Numbered from the stretch's first letter, positions 23,690 through 37,246 are shown. The stretch is 64,000 nt of DNA from Amphiscolops sp. MND2022 (GCA_964187785.1 OZ076409.1:31064001-31128000); one strand, 5' to 3'. Made by a program: numbers and translations. Notes: generated from the sequence alone by a model not told the origin.

Positions 23690-25481
23690 CTTCAAGGCGC
23701 AGTTTTGGCTGCCTTACAGAAAGTAGCTTCGGCCCAAGGCGAACTAGACTTTGCAGAAGGTTTCAAAATTTGTTACTTCCAAAGTACATTACGGAAATTC
23801 AAATGAATATCTTGAAAATCAGTTTTTTTAAAAGAAAAATTAGTGATAGCGTTAGCGGACTCATTTTGTTGTAGCGATAGCCATTAAATCGAGCCATTAG
23901 CCGATTAGCAGTCAGTAGTAGGAGAAATCCCGTTCCTGATATAAAAAAATTGAAGTGCGTAAAATCATTAAAATAAGTCATTTTCACAAAATATCAATCA
24001 AATCATTAAAATTAAGCATCTTTTTCAAGGCAAATCATCAAAAATTAGCCATTTTTCACTACTAAAAAATAACATAAAAATCGATGAACAAATATTATCA
24101 AAAACGTTGTCACAAGGAAAAATTCACTAACCTCCGTTACGCATTCGGTATGCGAAGCCAGGTTTACTGTGAATGGTAAAGCTGTGAATTTTGCTGTGAA
24201 TGGTTTGTAGCAAAATTTTTTGGAACGAAAATAGCATTCAAGTGGAAACAAGTGTATGGTATTAATATAAAACGAATAACATCAAGTGGAACGTCACATG
24301 CCAACGGCGCTTCGCATGCCAAAGGCGCTTCGTATGTTGAATTTTTCGAGACAAATGAATTTTCCGAGACAAATGAAAAAACCCATACAAAAGTCTCAAA
24401 CTTTAAAAAAACCGATACGAAAATCTCAAACTTTAAAAAACCGACACAAAAATCTCAAACTTTGAAAAACCCATACATATATCTCGGAAAAATGTTTAAA
24501 TCCATATATGGAAAATTTTTATTCCTGATATTAATACATGGGAAAAAATAATTTAGACAAAATTCACAGAAACAAAAGTTGTAGCTAATCAAGTGTTACA
24601 CATGTTTCGTTACTGAGTGTTTTCTATAGAATCAACCCACTAATTACCAGGTGCCAAAACAGGTGGGAGAAAACGGGTTTTCCCCAATTTCTTGAGACTG
24701 AGTCATTCCAGCGCAATGACTCAGGAGATCAAAATTGTTGACATTAACAAGATACACTTTTTTCAAAAAGAAAGGTTTCTGTATCTTGGACCCACTGATT
24801 ACCACCTGCCCCAACAGGTGTGAAAAATTGGTTTTTCTCGAAATTGGTTGGAGTAAGACTAGTAACAGTTGTAAATTAGGTCCACCCTCATATGTGATCT
24901 TTCTTATGGTATACTCAGCTTGTATGTGACCCGAACAGGTGTTGAGATCAGGGTTGACCTTGAAACTTGCAAGATCAAAGGAACTCGCTCAACCGTTAGG
25001 TTTAGCGTGATGACTCATGGGACCTAAAATGTAGGGCATCAGAAAAAAAACTACTCACCAACTTTCAACTCAGTACTAAAAACCCATTGATTACCACCTG
25101 CCCCAACAGGTGTGAAAAATGGGTTTTTCTCATTTTTCCCGAAACTGAGTCATCCTACAATACCGACTCGCGAGATCAAAGTTATAGACAAAAGTAAGAC
25201 AAGCTTTTTTCAAAAATGAAATTTTCTATAACCCAAACCCAGCAATCAGCACCTGTCAAAACAGGTGTAAAAATAGGTTTGCTCCTTTTTTTTGAGACTG
25301 GTTGGTCCTACGGTGAAAAGTCAGGAGTATAAAATTTTAGATATCCAAAATATGAACAACTTTTTCCCTGACAAATTTTCACTCTTGAATCCCAGGTTTA
25401 AAAAATAAAAAAATTTTCACCAATTTTTTGAAAAATTTTTGTTGAAACATTTTTGGTTAAACTATTTTTTCAATAAAAAAA

Positions 25482-28400
25482 ATTGAGAATTGTAGTATTT
25501 GTAATTCCGAATATAAAAAAGCTTTCAAATCCGATCATATAAAATCAGTAAAACATCAAGAAAAATTGGGGCAATATTATTGTAAAAAAATATCATTTAT
25601 ATATGCCCTTGTCAGATAAGTCTAGTCATCTAAATTCAGATGAACATAAAAACCATCATATTAAAATATGGTNNNNNNNNNNNNNNNNNNNNNNNNNNNN
25701 NNNNNNNNNNNNNNNNNNNNNNNNNNNNNNNNNNNNNNNNNNNNNNNNNNNNNNNNNNNNNNNNNNNNNNNNNNNNNNNNNNNNNNNNNNNNNNNNNNNN
25801 NNNNNNNNNNNNNNNNNNNNNNNNNNNNNNNNNNNNNNNNNNNNNNNNNNNNNNNNNNNNNNNNNNNNNNNNAATAACCAGCCGAATCAACAAATTAACT
25901 TTAGTCTAGATACACAGCAGAGCTGCCCTTCGGTACAAAGTGCCTCCGGTACACAGCAGAGTTCGGTGCAAAGTGTCTCCGGTACACAGCACCCTTCGGT
26001 ACAATTTGATAATAATGTAGAATTAATTGTGAATGAAAATACATACATTAAGCTGAAAGTAAATCCAACATGAAAATCTTGAACACGGCATAAATGAATT
26101 AATAAGTAAAAGGTATTTCCCCGATTTTAATATCGAATGAGTTATTTAGCTAAGTTTTCGAAAATCATTAACGGAGAAGAAAAAGTATTTAAAAGATGGG
26201 TTCAATCAGATTTGAATTATAGTTACTTGGATCAAGATGTTCACAACACATTAATGCAGAAATTAGATGATGAACAATTAGAAGGATCAGGTTTTGTGTT
26301 TCAAGAAATAGAAGAAGTTATATTAGAAATATATAAAGTTATTGATATTCAAGCATCTTCATAATTGAGTTACCACCAAATTATAAAAAGAATCTGTCAA
26401 TTATAAATATAAAAAATAAAGATCAATTTTTGTGTGGAGTTAATTAGCATATTTATATCCCGTTGAGAATAATAAAAATAAAACATCAAGTTATTCAATG
26501 CATTTTAATAAATTCAACCTAGAAGGTTTAGAATTCCAATGAAAGTCAAAGATATTCCAAGTTTGAAAATTTAAATATCGGACTGCGTATAAATGTATTT
26601 GAACTCACTGGAACTGTGTTACCACAGTAATACGAACTATGGTCAACCACAAATAGATTTATTATTATATGAAAATCACTATTGTTTAATAACGAAGTTG
26701 CATTGTCTAATAAAATAAAGATTCACATATGAAACATGTATGTAGAAGATGTCTAACAGCATTCAGTTCAGAACCGGTTCTACTTGATCATATGGAAAGA
26801 TGTATAAATCAACAACCAACTAATATCACATTCAGTTGGAAGGATGACTTAAAATCCGAAGACTACCACATGAAGATACCACTCCCAATTAGAGTATAAG
26901 CAGATTTCGAATGTATCAATCTACTCACAATCAACCCCAACGTATTATATAACGGAATTCCTATTGCAGTAGGATTTTATCGAATAACACCATCCGGAAA
27001 TAAGTATGACTCATACTTCGAGGAAGGTTGTACCGGAGGGCAGCAAAGCTGTGTAGAATGGTTTGTGGAAGAAGTGTTCATAATAGAAAAAAATGCTAGT
27101 AATTACTTTAAAACAATTTTATAATTTTAAATAACTCCTCAAGTAGAAGAATGATTTCAACAATCCACCATATGTTGGCTTTGCGAACAACCTTTTACTG
27201 AAAGTAAAGTAAGAGATCAAGATCATCTGACAGGAAAATACAGAGGAGCAGCTCATAATATATGTAACATAAATTGTAAACAAAAGCCATCAACGTTTGT
27301 TCCCATACTTTTCCATAACTTTTTTGGATATGCTTGTCATTTCATATTTGAAGAACTCTTAACACAAGCTTACAAAATGGGGTATGAACCAAAAATAATT
27401 CCAAAGTCAATAGAAAATTATGTATCAGTTCAAATAGGTTTTTAAGGTTTTTATCCATCAGATGAAGAAATTAACCGTACAAAAGAAATTATTTAAAAAT
27501 ATGATATAGAGAACGGACAAGAATTAACTTTGTTCTATTTGCAAATGGATGTTTTACCATTAGCAGATGTATTCGAAAACTTTGTGGAAAGTTTTTCACG
27601 AGAATGTAAAAATACTCCTTTGTATAGTTACTCTCTACCTGGTTATACATGGAAAGCAGGTTTAAAATTTACTAATATAAAGTTAGACTTTATAAAAGAT
27701 AAACACATGTTACTGTTTTTGGAAAATGATATCCGTGGAGGAATTTCAAGTGTAATGGGTGATAGGCATGTGCAAAGCACCTCCGATGTTGAATCTGATG
27801 AAAACAATAAACTTTCATATATTGATGCAAATAATCTATTTGGATGGGCTATGAGTCAACCTCATCCTACTGGCGAATTCGAAAAACTACCTTTTAATCC
27901 GTGTAATTACACAGATGATTACAATCTAGATCAATTAGTAGAAGATTTAATAAAAATACCTGATGACAATGAATATGGATTCTTCATAGAATGCGATTTA
28001 GAATATCCAGCTGAAATTAAAGAAAAAACAGAAAATTTTCCACTTTGTCCTTATCAAACAAAAGCAGATCCTAGGAGAAAGAGTAAACTTAGAGAATATA
28101 CCCCACACCAATATTGATCAAATAATGGAAAGACAATCGAAGTTACGTTTCAAAGGAATATCACAACATTATAATGATTTTAGTTTATATAAATATGATA
28201 AAGAAAAGACACTCTTTGATAAACCAATTTACTTGGGATTCTCTGTTTTAGAACTGAGTAATTTGATAATGTATGAGTTTCATTATCAAAAATTACAACC
28301 ATATTATAACCATACGCAAAGCGCCTCCGGTAAAATTAAACTGCATTATATGGATACAGACTCATTCATTCTAAGTATCAAAACCAAAGACCCTTTAAAA

Positions 28401-28992
28401 GACTTGGAATATTTTAAAAAATAATTTTGATTTCAGTGAATTAGATGAAAACCATCCATCATACGATATAACAAATAAGAAAGTTATTGGTAAAATGAAA
28501 AAAGAAACCTCACCAATTATTGAATTAGACAACTTCGTAGCATTGAGATCAAAATCATACGCCTTTTCATCTGCAAACATGCAAAGCACCTTCGGTAAAG
28601 AAAATTCTGAACAAGAAGGAATCCAAAAGTCTCCCAAGAAGGAAAGTTATATTAATTCATTATTTAATTCTCAAAGAACAACTGCAACTAATTATTCTAT
28701 CCGTTCAGAGGCTCACAATTTAACTGTTCAGAAGCAAGATAAGCTAGCTTTAAATCCATTTGATGATTAAAGAATGTATTTGAACCCAACCCAAAGTATC
28801 CCATGGAATAAACACATACGAAGTAGATTTTGTCCATGTATACTTTGTATAAAATTTATTAGATTGTATTATAATGAACTAACTGAAAGTAAAACAGAAA
28901 AAGAACTTTATTTAAATGTTTGGTTCGTAAAAGAAAATCAATACCATCAACAGCTTTTAAAACTGATAAGTGATCGAACACATCATTTATAA
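25482..28992 (+). pseudogene. Protein-primed family B DNA polymerase (pPolB) with N-terminal zinc fingers
   Basis: VRDQDHLTGKYRGAAHNICN, FHNFFGY, YIDANNLFGWAMSQ (motif A), YMDTDS (motif C) and ALRSKSY. The motif B region appears deleted near 28070. There are many stops and frameshifts, and it spans the N gap. Confidence 0.92.
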
Positions 28993-29294
28993 CTATATGC
29001 AAAGCGCCTCCGGTATACAGCTTCGCTGGCTTCGCATATATTATTATTATATTATAATAATTACAATAATATATAATAATATAATAAAATAAGTATAATA
29101 ATTATATATAACTTCTTCCATATCGTAATGAAAGTCTTGCTTCCCAAGTTTCTTTCTCAATCTTTCAGCTTTTAATAGAGATTTTGATTCTTGCAATTCT
29201 TTCAATTTTTCTACATCATCTCGACTATGAATTGAATACATAATTTATTCATTAATTATAATAATTTTGAATTTAAATTTAATCAATGAATAAT

Positions 29295-29680
29295 TAATGC
29301 ATTTTACCCAATTACAGGCCCTTCCCTTGATGAACAAATTTTATAATATCAGGAGCAGTTGCAGCAATAATTTTTGGATATTTACTTGCTGCTGCAGTTC
29401 CAATATTTGCTGCAAGCTCTAACGCTCTTCCAGGATTATTTGAAATTTTCTTTCCGACACTCTTTGCGGCTTTTCCTACACCTCGGAAGATGTCACCCAA
29501 TCCTTCTGCTTGTTTTGTTTGATCCGATACTATTAGTGACTTATTTCTTTCACAAGTTGAACAAGTACCTCTTAATAGTTTAACAGCTGCTCCACAATTT
29601 TTATTTTGAGTAATATCTCCACGAATATTTGTGGTAGCGGAATAATGTTTTCCACCAACACAATATGAATTATGTTTAAA
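29295..29680 (-). pseudogene. Small Polinton protein: Cys/His Zn-ribbon followed by amphipathic helix (copy 1)
   Basis: YCVGGKH...RGTCSTC.RNKS...GLGDIFRGVGKAAKSVGKKISNNPGRALE; further copies at ~36742-37125 and ~47350-47700. Confidence 0.6.
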
Positions 29681-29799
29681 TTTATTAATTTATTCATAAA
29701 TATAAAATCATTTTATGTTTATTTATATAAATATCAGAGATTCCTTATTATATTTTTACCATTTGTTTATAAATATTAATTTATTCATTGAAAATATAT

Positions 29800-31015
29800 T
29801 ATATTGAATCAAAATTCTTTTGTCCATCACTACTGGTACTTATCAGCTTGTGTGTTAGGACTATATAATCTGCAACATTAATGGCAGCACTAAAGTTAAA
29901 TTCTAATATAATAGGTGACTCGCAATATTATCATTTTGTTTGGATAAGTCAAATACATAGAAACTTTAATTTGTCCTGAATTTATGCAAATCAATAAATG
30001 GCCTCAATAGGTTGGTTTTTGTATGCAATCGATAGAAGTTTTCTGTTTCTTGATATGCTTCACGGTAGTTGTCTCTATCGTAATCACATCCAATTCCGTC
30101 AACAGGATATTTTTCTGATCCTATTTTACAAACAGCATTTGAAATAGGTAAACGATCAAATATTGCATTATCATGTGTTTGCGAATCAATTTTATTTCTA
30201 GTTTGAAATTCAACTTTTACGAAAGTTGGTGTTGATTCTCTACTATTTCCCACGTCAAAGGTCCAATTTTTATTACTGTTTACATCTTTTCTAAAAACAA
30301 TCCGTTCCATATAATACAATTCAGTTGGATCTTTATTCAGTAATTGATCCATCATAATTAGTTGATTTTCTAAGCTAAGTGTACAATGCGGAATATACCA
30401 ACCAATATCTTCTATAACAATTTTCGCAGCATCTACCCCAATATCCCTTATAATAGGATCGTTATTATTATTTCGTTTTAAAGTAAGAGAGAGTATAACC
30501 CAAACCATATGTTACTTTTTCTTGATCAGCAAACCCAAATAAATCAATTAGCTTGATGTTCACAAAGAATATTTCTTTCTCTGTCTTATTGGTAGTTAGT
30601 TCTAATCTGGTTGCTTGTGATTCTTCAAAATCATACATCAATTCGCTGGTTTGTTGTTGGGAAGTTAAAAGTTTATTCATTAAATTTACCGTGTGTAAAT
30701 TATCAACTTTTTCCAAATGTTTCCCCGAACTGGTTGTCAGCTCAGCTTCACTAAATAAAGCAGCAGGTCCAAAGTTGACCAAGTTTATTTTATCACCGTC
30801 GGCATATCTTGTATCATTGTTTTTAAGACCTTCAAAATCTAATGATTTGTATGAATTTTGTAAACAAATATTTGCGTCTTCTCTTGGTAAACTGATTGAA
30901 ATATTTGAGTTATTATTATTGATTGTCGCAAAACTATCAGGCGAATACTCAATTAAATCAATTTTATGAATAGGTTTATTGCGAGCATATTTATTTTTCA
31001 ATGAAAGTAATTCCT
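29800..31015 (-). pseudogene. Major capsid protein (double jelly-roll, hexon-like), copy 1
   Basis: Frames 30468..31001 and 29966..30508 join to ~400 aa with LIDLFGFADQEK, IGWYIPH, FQTR, FDRL, EKYP and FYVFDLSKQ, a pattern typical of Polinton/adintovirus MCP. Confidence 0.7.
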
Positions 31016-31159
31016 TTTATATAGAAAAATTATTCATTTTTTCTACAAACCTTTGGTTTGTAATATTAAAAAATCATGATTTAAAATGTATACTTATTTT
31101 ATTTTTACTAAATACCGAAGGCGCGAAGCGTAAGGTTAGCCTAAAAAGTAAACTCAGAA

Positions 31160-31661
31160 TTCAGTTAAGTTTTATTGTTTTTTTACACATCGTATGTTTG
31201 TTTTAGTTTGTTGTGTTCATTCAGATCTATTTTCTTATCTTCTAGACTTTTTGTGTGTAGCTTTTGGAAGTTGTTTAAAGTTCCACCAGCAAGAGTATAT
31301 TTCTCAAGATTGTGTTGTTCTTTTTCTTTTCAGATACTCACCAATAAACTTACTGAAAATGGATACTCCTGCACCTATACCACTCGCGATTGGTACCACA
31401 ATAAATCCAACTCCGGTAACACTTAACGTGGTAGCAGTTGAAGAAACACCCAATAATAAAACTCCATGAATAGATTGAATTGAACCGTTTATATTTTTAT
31501 TTGTTTTAGATTTCTTTTTTATTTGATTTTTTAGCTTCATGATTATAAAAATTTTGAATATCTTTCATATTTTGAATTGAATTATTAAAACTATTTATTT
31601 CTTTCAATCGCATATTGAGACTATCTGATTCGCGTAAACTAGGCCAAAGTTTTTCACTCAT
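31160..31661 (-). pseudogene. Polinton membrane protein (Gly-rich hydrophobic hairpin)
   Basis: GVLLLGVSSTATTLSVTGVGFIVVPIASGIGAGVSIFSK; further copies at ~38620-39119 and a truncated one at 42278-42473. Confidence 0.55.
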
Positions 31662-31883
31662 TTGTTCAGTTTAAAATTTACAAATTAGTGTTCAAAAAGA
31701 ATGAAATTGAGCTCAGTATTGGTTAGTTTCATTCTATTTTCAAGGTCAACAATAACTTTGTACTGGTCTTTCTTCAAACTAATTAACACGGTTTGTCTTG
31801 TTGAATAGTCTAAGTCTGATAAATATTACACACCATCTGATTTTTGTATTTCTTTTCCGTATTTTTCCAATAAGTATTCATTA

Positions 31884-32399
31884 CTAAATATAGATAAGAT
31901 TCAAAGGATTGGTTTTATTTTCAAATGGGTCAAACAATCCTTTATTATATTGTAATTGAATAGTATCTTTGACTGCTTCACTTTTACGTTTTTCTAATTC
32001 CAGAATAAGGTTCCGTTCGGATTGAATACGGAAAATGGTTTGTTGTTCTTCTACTAACTTGGCAGCATCCAAAATACTTTCTTTCTTCCTTTCGAATAAT
32101 TTATTTTTAATATCTTGTTCTAAATATTTTAAATTTGTTTTTATATCTTCTATACTTTTATTTATATCTAAGAATAACTTTGCATTAATTATTATATTTG
32201 TTTCACCGTTGGTAAATTGAATTTCTTCTACACGCAAAGCGCCTTCGGTACGCACTTCGGTACGTAATTCGGTATTTTGTTCTTTAAATTCATTAATATA
32301 TGTTTCTACTTTATCAGATACATCGTTAAGTTTTATGTTAATTAATTTGGTTTGTGATTCAAATTCTTTTTCAAGATTCCCACTTTTATCTTTTTGCAA
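31884..32399 (-). CDS. Polinton coiled-coil protein of unknown function
   Basis: 171-aa E/K-rich ORF; disrupted copies at ~39349-39860 and ~42700-43205. Confidence 0.5.
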   Translation of the reverse strand: MQKDKSGNLEKEFESQTKLINIKLNDVSDKVETYINEFKEQNTELRTEVRTEGALRVEEIQFTNGETNIIINAKLFLDINKSIEDIKTNLKYLEQDIKNKLFERKKESILDAAKLVEEQQTIFRIQSERNLILELEKRKSEAVKDTIQLQYNKGLFDPFENKTNPLNLIYI

Positions 32400-32503
32400 G
32401 CTATCGACACTATAACCAAATTTATGAATTGACAGTATTTATTTGAATGTAATTACTCAAATTGATTGAAAATATTCCTAATTTTTACGTTTTGTTGTTA
32501 AAT

Positions 32504-33319
32504 TTAAACTTGAATACACTTCTTAAAAGTTCTTGTTCATAATACTTTCCTTCTATTTGTTCGTTGATTTCATCTTTTAGAGTGTAAGTAACGGGATTCG
32601 TTTTGTTAACTTTATGTATTTTAAAAAGTTCTCAATTCCAATTTGTTGTATAACCTTTACTGTATAGTGTACGTTTATCAGGAACTCTTACAAAATCTCT
32701 CACTTGAAATTTGGGCAATTTATGCGAAGCCAGCTTTGCTGTATTATTATTATTATTATTGTTAGGTATTAGTTTATTATTAGTTGATATTTCAAATGGT
32801 GTCATTTTTGTTGTACCGTGGACACGAATATTATTTTTTTCCAGAGCAGTGATGATTCAGCCAACAACCTTCATTATACATTGGTTCTTTGATTAAGTCC
32901 AAAAGTGTTCTATTGAAACGTTCAACAAAAACAGCTGTTAAATCTGAATTGGTTGAATGACTTTGAATGTTTTGCTCTTTTAGGAAATTTAAAAATATTT
33001 TATTATAAAACTCTTCACCTCTATCAGACCAAATTTTATCAGGTTTTCATTTTGCTTTTTCAATAAGATTTTTAATGCAGTTGTTGTACTTTTTCCGGAC
33101 TTATCTTTAAGGGGAATCGCCCATGCATATTTAGTATGGTTTTCAATTATCGTGAAAATAAACTTGTAATTTGTGTTGTATTTGCATAAACTTGAGCGAT
33201 CAATTATATCGATACTACAACACTCATCTTTATAGTGAGTTTGTATTTGAATTCTTTGAAACCTTCTTAGTTACAGGAGAGAATATTTCTTTATCAATTT
33301 CTTTCTTCTTTTCATTCAT
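32504..33319 (-). pseudogene. Retroviral-type (rve) integrase, copy 1
   Basis: SIDIID..KYAWAIPLK..IWSDRGEEF..VERFNRTL..KFQV.DFVRV..YTTNW; frameshifted. Confidence 0.9.
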
Positions 33320-33546
33320 TGAATGAAATAAATGAAATAAATAAATGAATATGCAAAGCACCTTCGGTAGAGGAATCTTTGATAATGATTATTTAAATTG
33401 TTTAACTTCAAAGCAAAACTCTAAATGGTATTTGTATAATTATAATAGTAATTATATTTATAATATATTGGTGTTATATTCGCCCTAAATGGTATGAAGA
33501 AATTTATAAAAAACTGAAACAGTTTAAAGGGTTTAAGTATTCTCAT

Positions 33547-34395
33547 TTGACAAACCAAGAAGACGACCAAGAACTTACTCCAACAGTTACAAATACAAAC
33601 TTTCACTTTTTAATATTTGGAAGTAGTGGGTCGGGGAAGACTAGTTTCTTGAAACACTAACTAGATCAAACTAAATCTGATTCGTTAGTATTTGGACGAG
33701 ACGAAAATGAGTTTCCTGATAATTATATACCTTTGTTGCAGTTAGAAAAAATAGAAATTGAAAAAAACGGTAATACTGGATGATGCAGGTGCATATAAAA
33801 ACCTTAAAACAAAAGTAGGAGACTTTTTCCGGTTTGGTAGACATTATTACATCCAGGTGATATATTTAGCTCACTATGCAGAGAATGTTCTCCCAATAGT
33901 GAGAGAGAATTGTTTTAAGATCCTAATAACAATTATAAACGCAGATAACTTTTTGGAAACCATAATTAGTGCATATGCAATCAAAGAACTCAAGTGGAAA
34001 CAATACCGTGAGCAGTTAGAATTTGGTATAATTGAATTTGATACCCGCTCACAGAAGTACAAAATACTGAACCACAAGTACAATTTAATTTCCTATTCTA
34101 GTAAGCGCAACAAGTGGAGTCCGGAGGTTTTTTTACACAGGTGAGGAATACAACAAAATGAAACTCTTTTGAGAGGAGATGTCTGACCAGACAATTGGAA
34201 TAACACCTTATAATGTAGCTTATCATTATGTAGCTTATTGCAAACAAAATAAAGTAAAAGTGAATGAATGTAAAATAGACAATTATATCCGAAGGATGAA
34301 ACAACCTCTGATTTCAGACAAAATTAAAGCTGAATTTAAAAATTAATTTTGATCCAGGCGGTTAGGTATGGTAAATTTTACCAAAATAACTCTTA
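33547..34395 (+). pseudogene. A32/FtsK-like packaging ATPase 1, copy 1
   Basis: Walker A FGSSGSGKTS, Walker B VILDD, and FRFGRHYYIQVIYLAH. Confidence 0.8.
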
Positions 34396-34576
34396 GTGTT
34401 TTAGTGTTTTTAGTCACTAAGCAATTCACTAAACCTCTTTTATTTAAGCACTAAGAGCAAACCCACACTTGGACTTGGTTGTTAACTTAGTGAAAATGTT
34501 TAGTGATCTTAGTGATTTTTTACTAATTAAATGAGGTGTTTAATTTGTGATCAAAATAGTGAAACTTCGCTGTGCA

Positions 34577-35548
34577 ATGATTGTCGTAATAAAAAGATGT
34601 AAGGACTGTAATATATTGACAACAGATTTATATAAATATAAAAATGGTAAAATATATAGTACATGTATAGAATGTTTCAATAAAAAAGTAAAATGTGAAT
34701 TTTGTATTGAGGAATTCAATAGAACATTTTCATCAAAACATATCAAAAGATGCCTTATTGAGATGCTGCATTTAAGTGATAATAAAATTATAAATAATAA
34801 TGGTGAAAATATTTTTAATAATAATAATGAAAATAATACCGGAGGCACCGGAGGCGTTTTGCCTGCTTCGCGTATTATGAATAATAATGATGAAAATAGT
34901 AATGATGAAAATACCGGAGGCCAGGAAAGCTGTAATAGAACGTTAATAGTTGGTCCATCAATTTGTCATTTTGTGGAAAGACCCATTCGTTATTAAACAA
35001 AGTACAATTAACTCGATTGTGTGATAGTGAAAAATAAATACGTATCTTTACGAAAAGTTCTGAACAATACAGCAAAGCTGGCTTCGCATATACAAATACA
35101 AATACCGAATTATGTATTTCAGTGGAAGGAGATTCAGAAGATAGAACAATACAAGATTTTCAAAATTGTTGTGTTGTATTTGATGATATGTTGGATAGTA
35201 ATCAAAAACTAATAGATCCATTTTTTACTAGAGGAAGACATAATGATATGGATGTTTATTCTTTATCACATTCATATTTCGATTTACCTAAAAGAACAAT
35301 TAGAAACAATTCGAATATACTTGTTTTATTTCAACAAACCTTGAAAGATGTAGAGCATATTTATAGACATAACTGGTTTTGATATGTCTTATGATGAATT
35401 CCAAAGTTTATGCAGAGAAGCATGGAAAGAAAAATATAATTATTTAATAATAAATAGATTAGAAGATAAAATGGCAAAAAATATATGATTTGTAATGAAT
35501 CTAATCCGGAGTATAAAATCTTTAATCCACAAACGGAAACTTTTTAAA
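34577..35548 (+). pseudogene. A32/FtsK-like packaging ATPase 2 with N-terminal Cys/His zinc-binding region, copy 1
   Basis: CKDC..CIEC..CEFC..H; RTLIVGPS(F)CGKT; CVVFDDML; FTRGRHND..LSHSYFDLPKRTIRNNSN. Confidence 0.85.
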
Positions 35549-35602
35549 CATTACCGAAGGTGCTTTGCATATTTTGGTGTTAATTTGTTGTAATGCATCA
35601 TG

Positions 35603-35996
35603 TAGATACATTTTCATTAAACGTTTAGTTCAATCCCAATTAGGAAGTGGATTTATTCAGTATGTCCCCTCCCATCTGATCCAGACGAGCTTGTAGATCA
35701 ACTTAAACTAATCGTGTTAGAAAAAGTAAGAGGTAAGGATAATCCTATGCTTAGTGAACAAATCATAGCAATTACAGATAAGCTCCTGGAATATGAATGA
35801 TTCATATTCCAGGAGCTTATCTGTAATTGCTATGATTTGTTCACTAAGCATAGGATTATCCTTACCTCTTACTTTTTCTAACACGATTAGTTTAAGTTGA
35901 TCTACAAGCTCATCTGGATCAGATGGGAGGGAGACATACTGAATAAATCCACTTCCTAATTGGGATTGAACTAAACGTTTAATGAAAATATATCTA
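35603..35996. repeat. ~195-bp near-perfect foldback (inverted duplication), 3-nt loop at 35798-35800
   Basis: ...agctcctggaatatgaa-tga-ttcatattccaggagct... with arms 35603-35797 and 35801-35996; absent from the paralogous copy at ~46400. Confidence 0.9.
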
Positions 35997-36688
35997 TTGG
36001 ATTTTTTATCTCCATAATTTGAATCGTAATTCATATCACGTAAAAAATTATAATTCATAGCTATGTTTTTAATGTTATCGTGTTGTGTAATAGTTACGAA
36101 ATTTGAAAGATCCGGATCATTCAAATTATACATGTTGTTATTGCTTAAGAAGGTTAGTATTGAACCTTTAATTAGTACTTAATGGGGATTATGGGGTTTA
36201 TTGTGAATAAATTTGGATTACCTTCACCGAATTGTGTAACAGGTTCTAAACTGAATTGACTTTTGTTTTTATCATTAAGTAAATTAGAAACTGTCTTGAT
36301 TATACTAGAATCAACTTGGTTGAAATTAACAAGACTCGTAAGAAGCTGATTAGTACGATTCATAATTTCATCATAATCTTGTATTCCCTATTTGATTGAC
36401 TTTTGTAAATTTTTATTTAAAATATCGCTGGATTGTTGTTTTGCTCTTGTTTGATTTTCAATAGTTTGGGTTTGTTGGCCAATGGCTTGTAATTGTTTTT
36501 CAGATAATTGTTTCTGGTTTTAAGTAGCTTCAGCCTGTTTTACAGTAACAGGTTCAAAAACTTCTTCCTTATCTTAATGAAAGTCTTGCTTCCCAAGCTT
36601 TTTTCAATCTTTCAGCTTTTAATAAAGATTTTGATTCTTGCAATTTTTTCAATTTTTCTAAATCATCTCGACTATGAATTGATTACAT
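35801..36688 (-). pseudogene. Conserved Polinton ORF ending GSG..LPSDPDEL..LKLI (function unknown)
   Basis: N-terminus is ...LGKQDFH..EEVFEPVT and C-terminus is GSGFIQYVSLPSDPDELVDQLKL. Other copies are at 46354-47299 and a fragment at 29110-29241. Confidence 0.6.
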
Positions 36689-37246
36689 AATTTATTTATT
36701 AATTATAATAATTTTGAATTTAAATTTAATCAATGAATTAATTAATGAATTTTACCCAAATACAGGCCCTTCCCTTGATGAACAAATTTTATAATATCAG
36801 GAGCAGTTGCAGCAATAAGTTTTGGATATTTACTTGCTGCTGCAGTTCCAATGTTTGCTGCAAGCTCTAACGCTCTTCCAGGATTATTTGAAATTTTCCT
36901 TCCGACACTATTTGCGGCTTTTCCTACACCTCGGAAGATGTCACCCAATCCTTCTGCTTGTTTTGTTTGATCCGATACTATTAGTGACTTATTTCTTTCA
37001 CAAGTTGAACAAGTACCTCTTATTAGTTTAACAGCTGCTCCAGTTTTTTTATTTTGAGTAACATCTCCACGAATATTTGTGGTAGCGGAATAATGTTTTC
37101 CACCAACACAATATGAATTATGTTTAAATTTATTAATTTATTTATATATATAAAATCATTTTATGTTTATTTATATAAATATCAGAGATTCCTTATTGTA
37201 TTTTTACCATTTGTTTATAAATATTAATTTATTCAATAAAAATATA

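Noticed and set aside
25603..26073. ORFs spanning the N run
   Set aside because: Artefacts of the 200-N gap; only the flanks belong to the pPolB N-terminus.
33750..33790. Programmed frameshift in ATPase1 (shared by three copies)
   Set aside because: More simply a deletion predating the tandem duplication; the element has many other disabling lesions.
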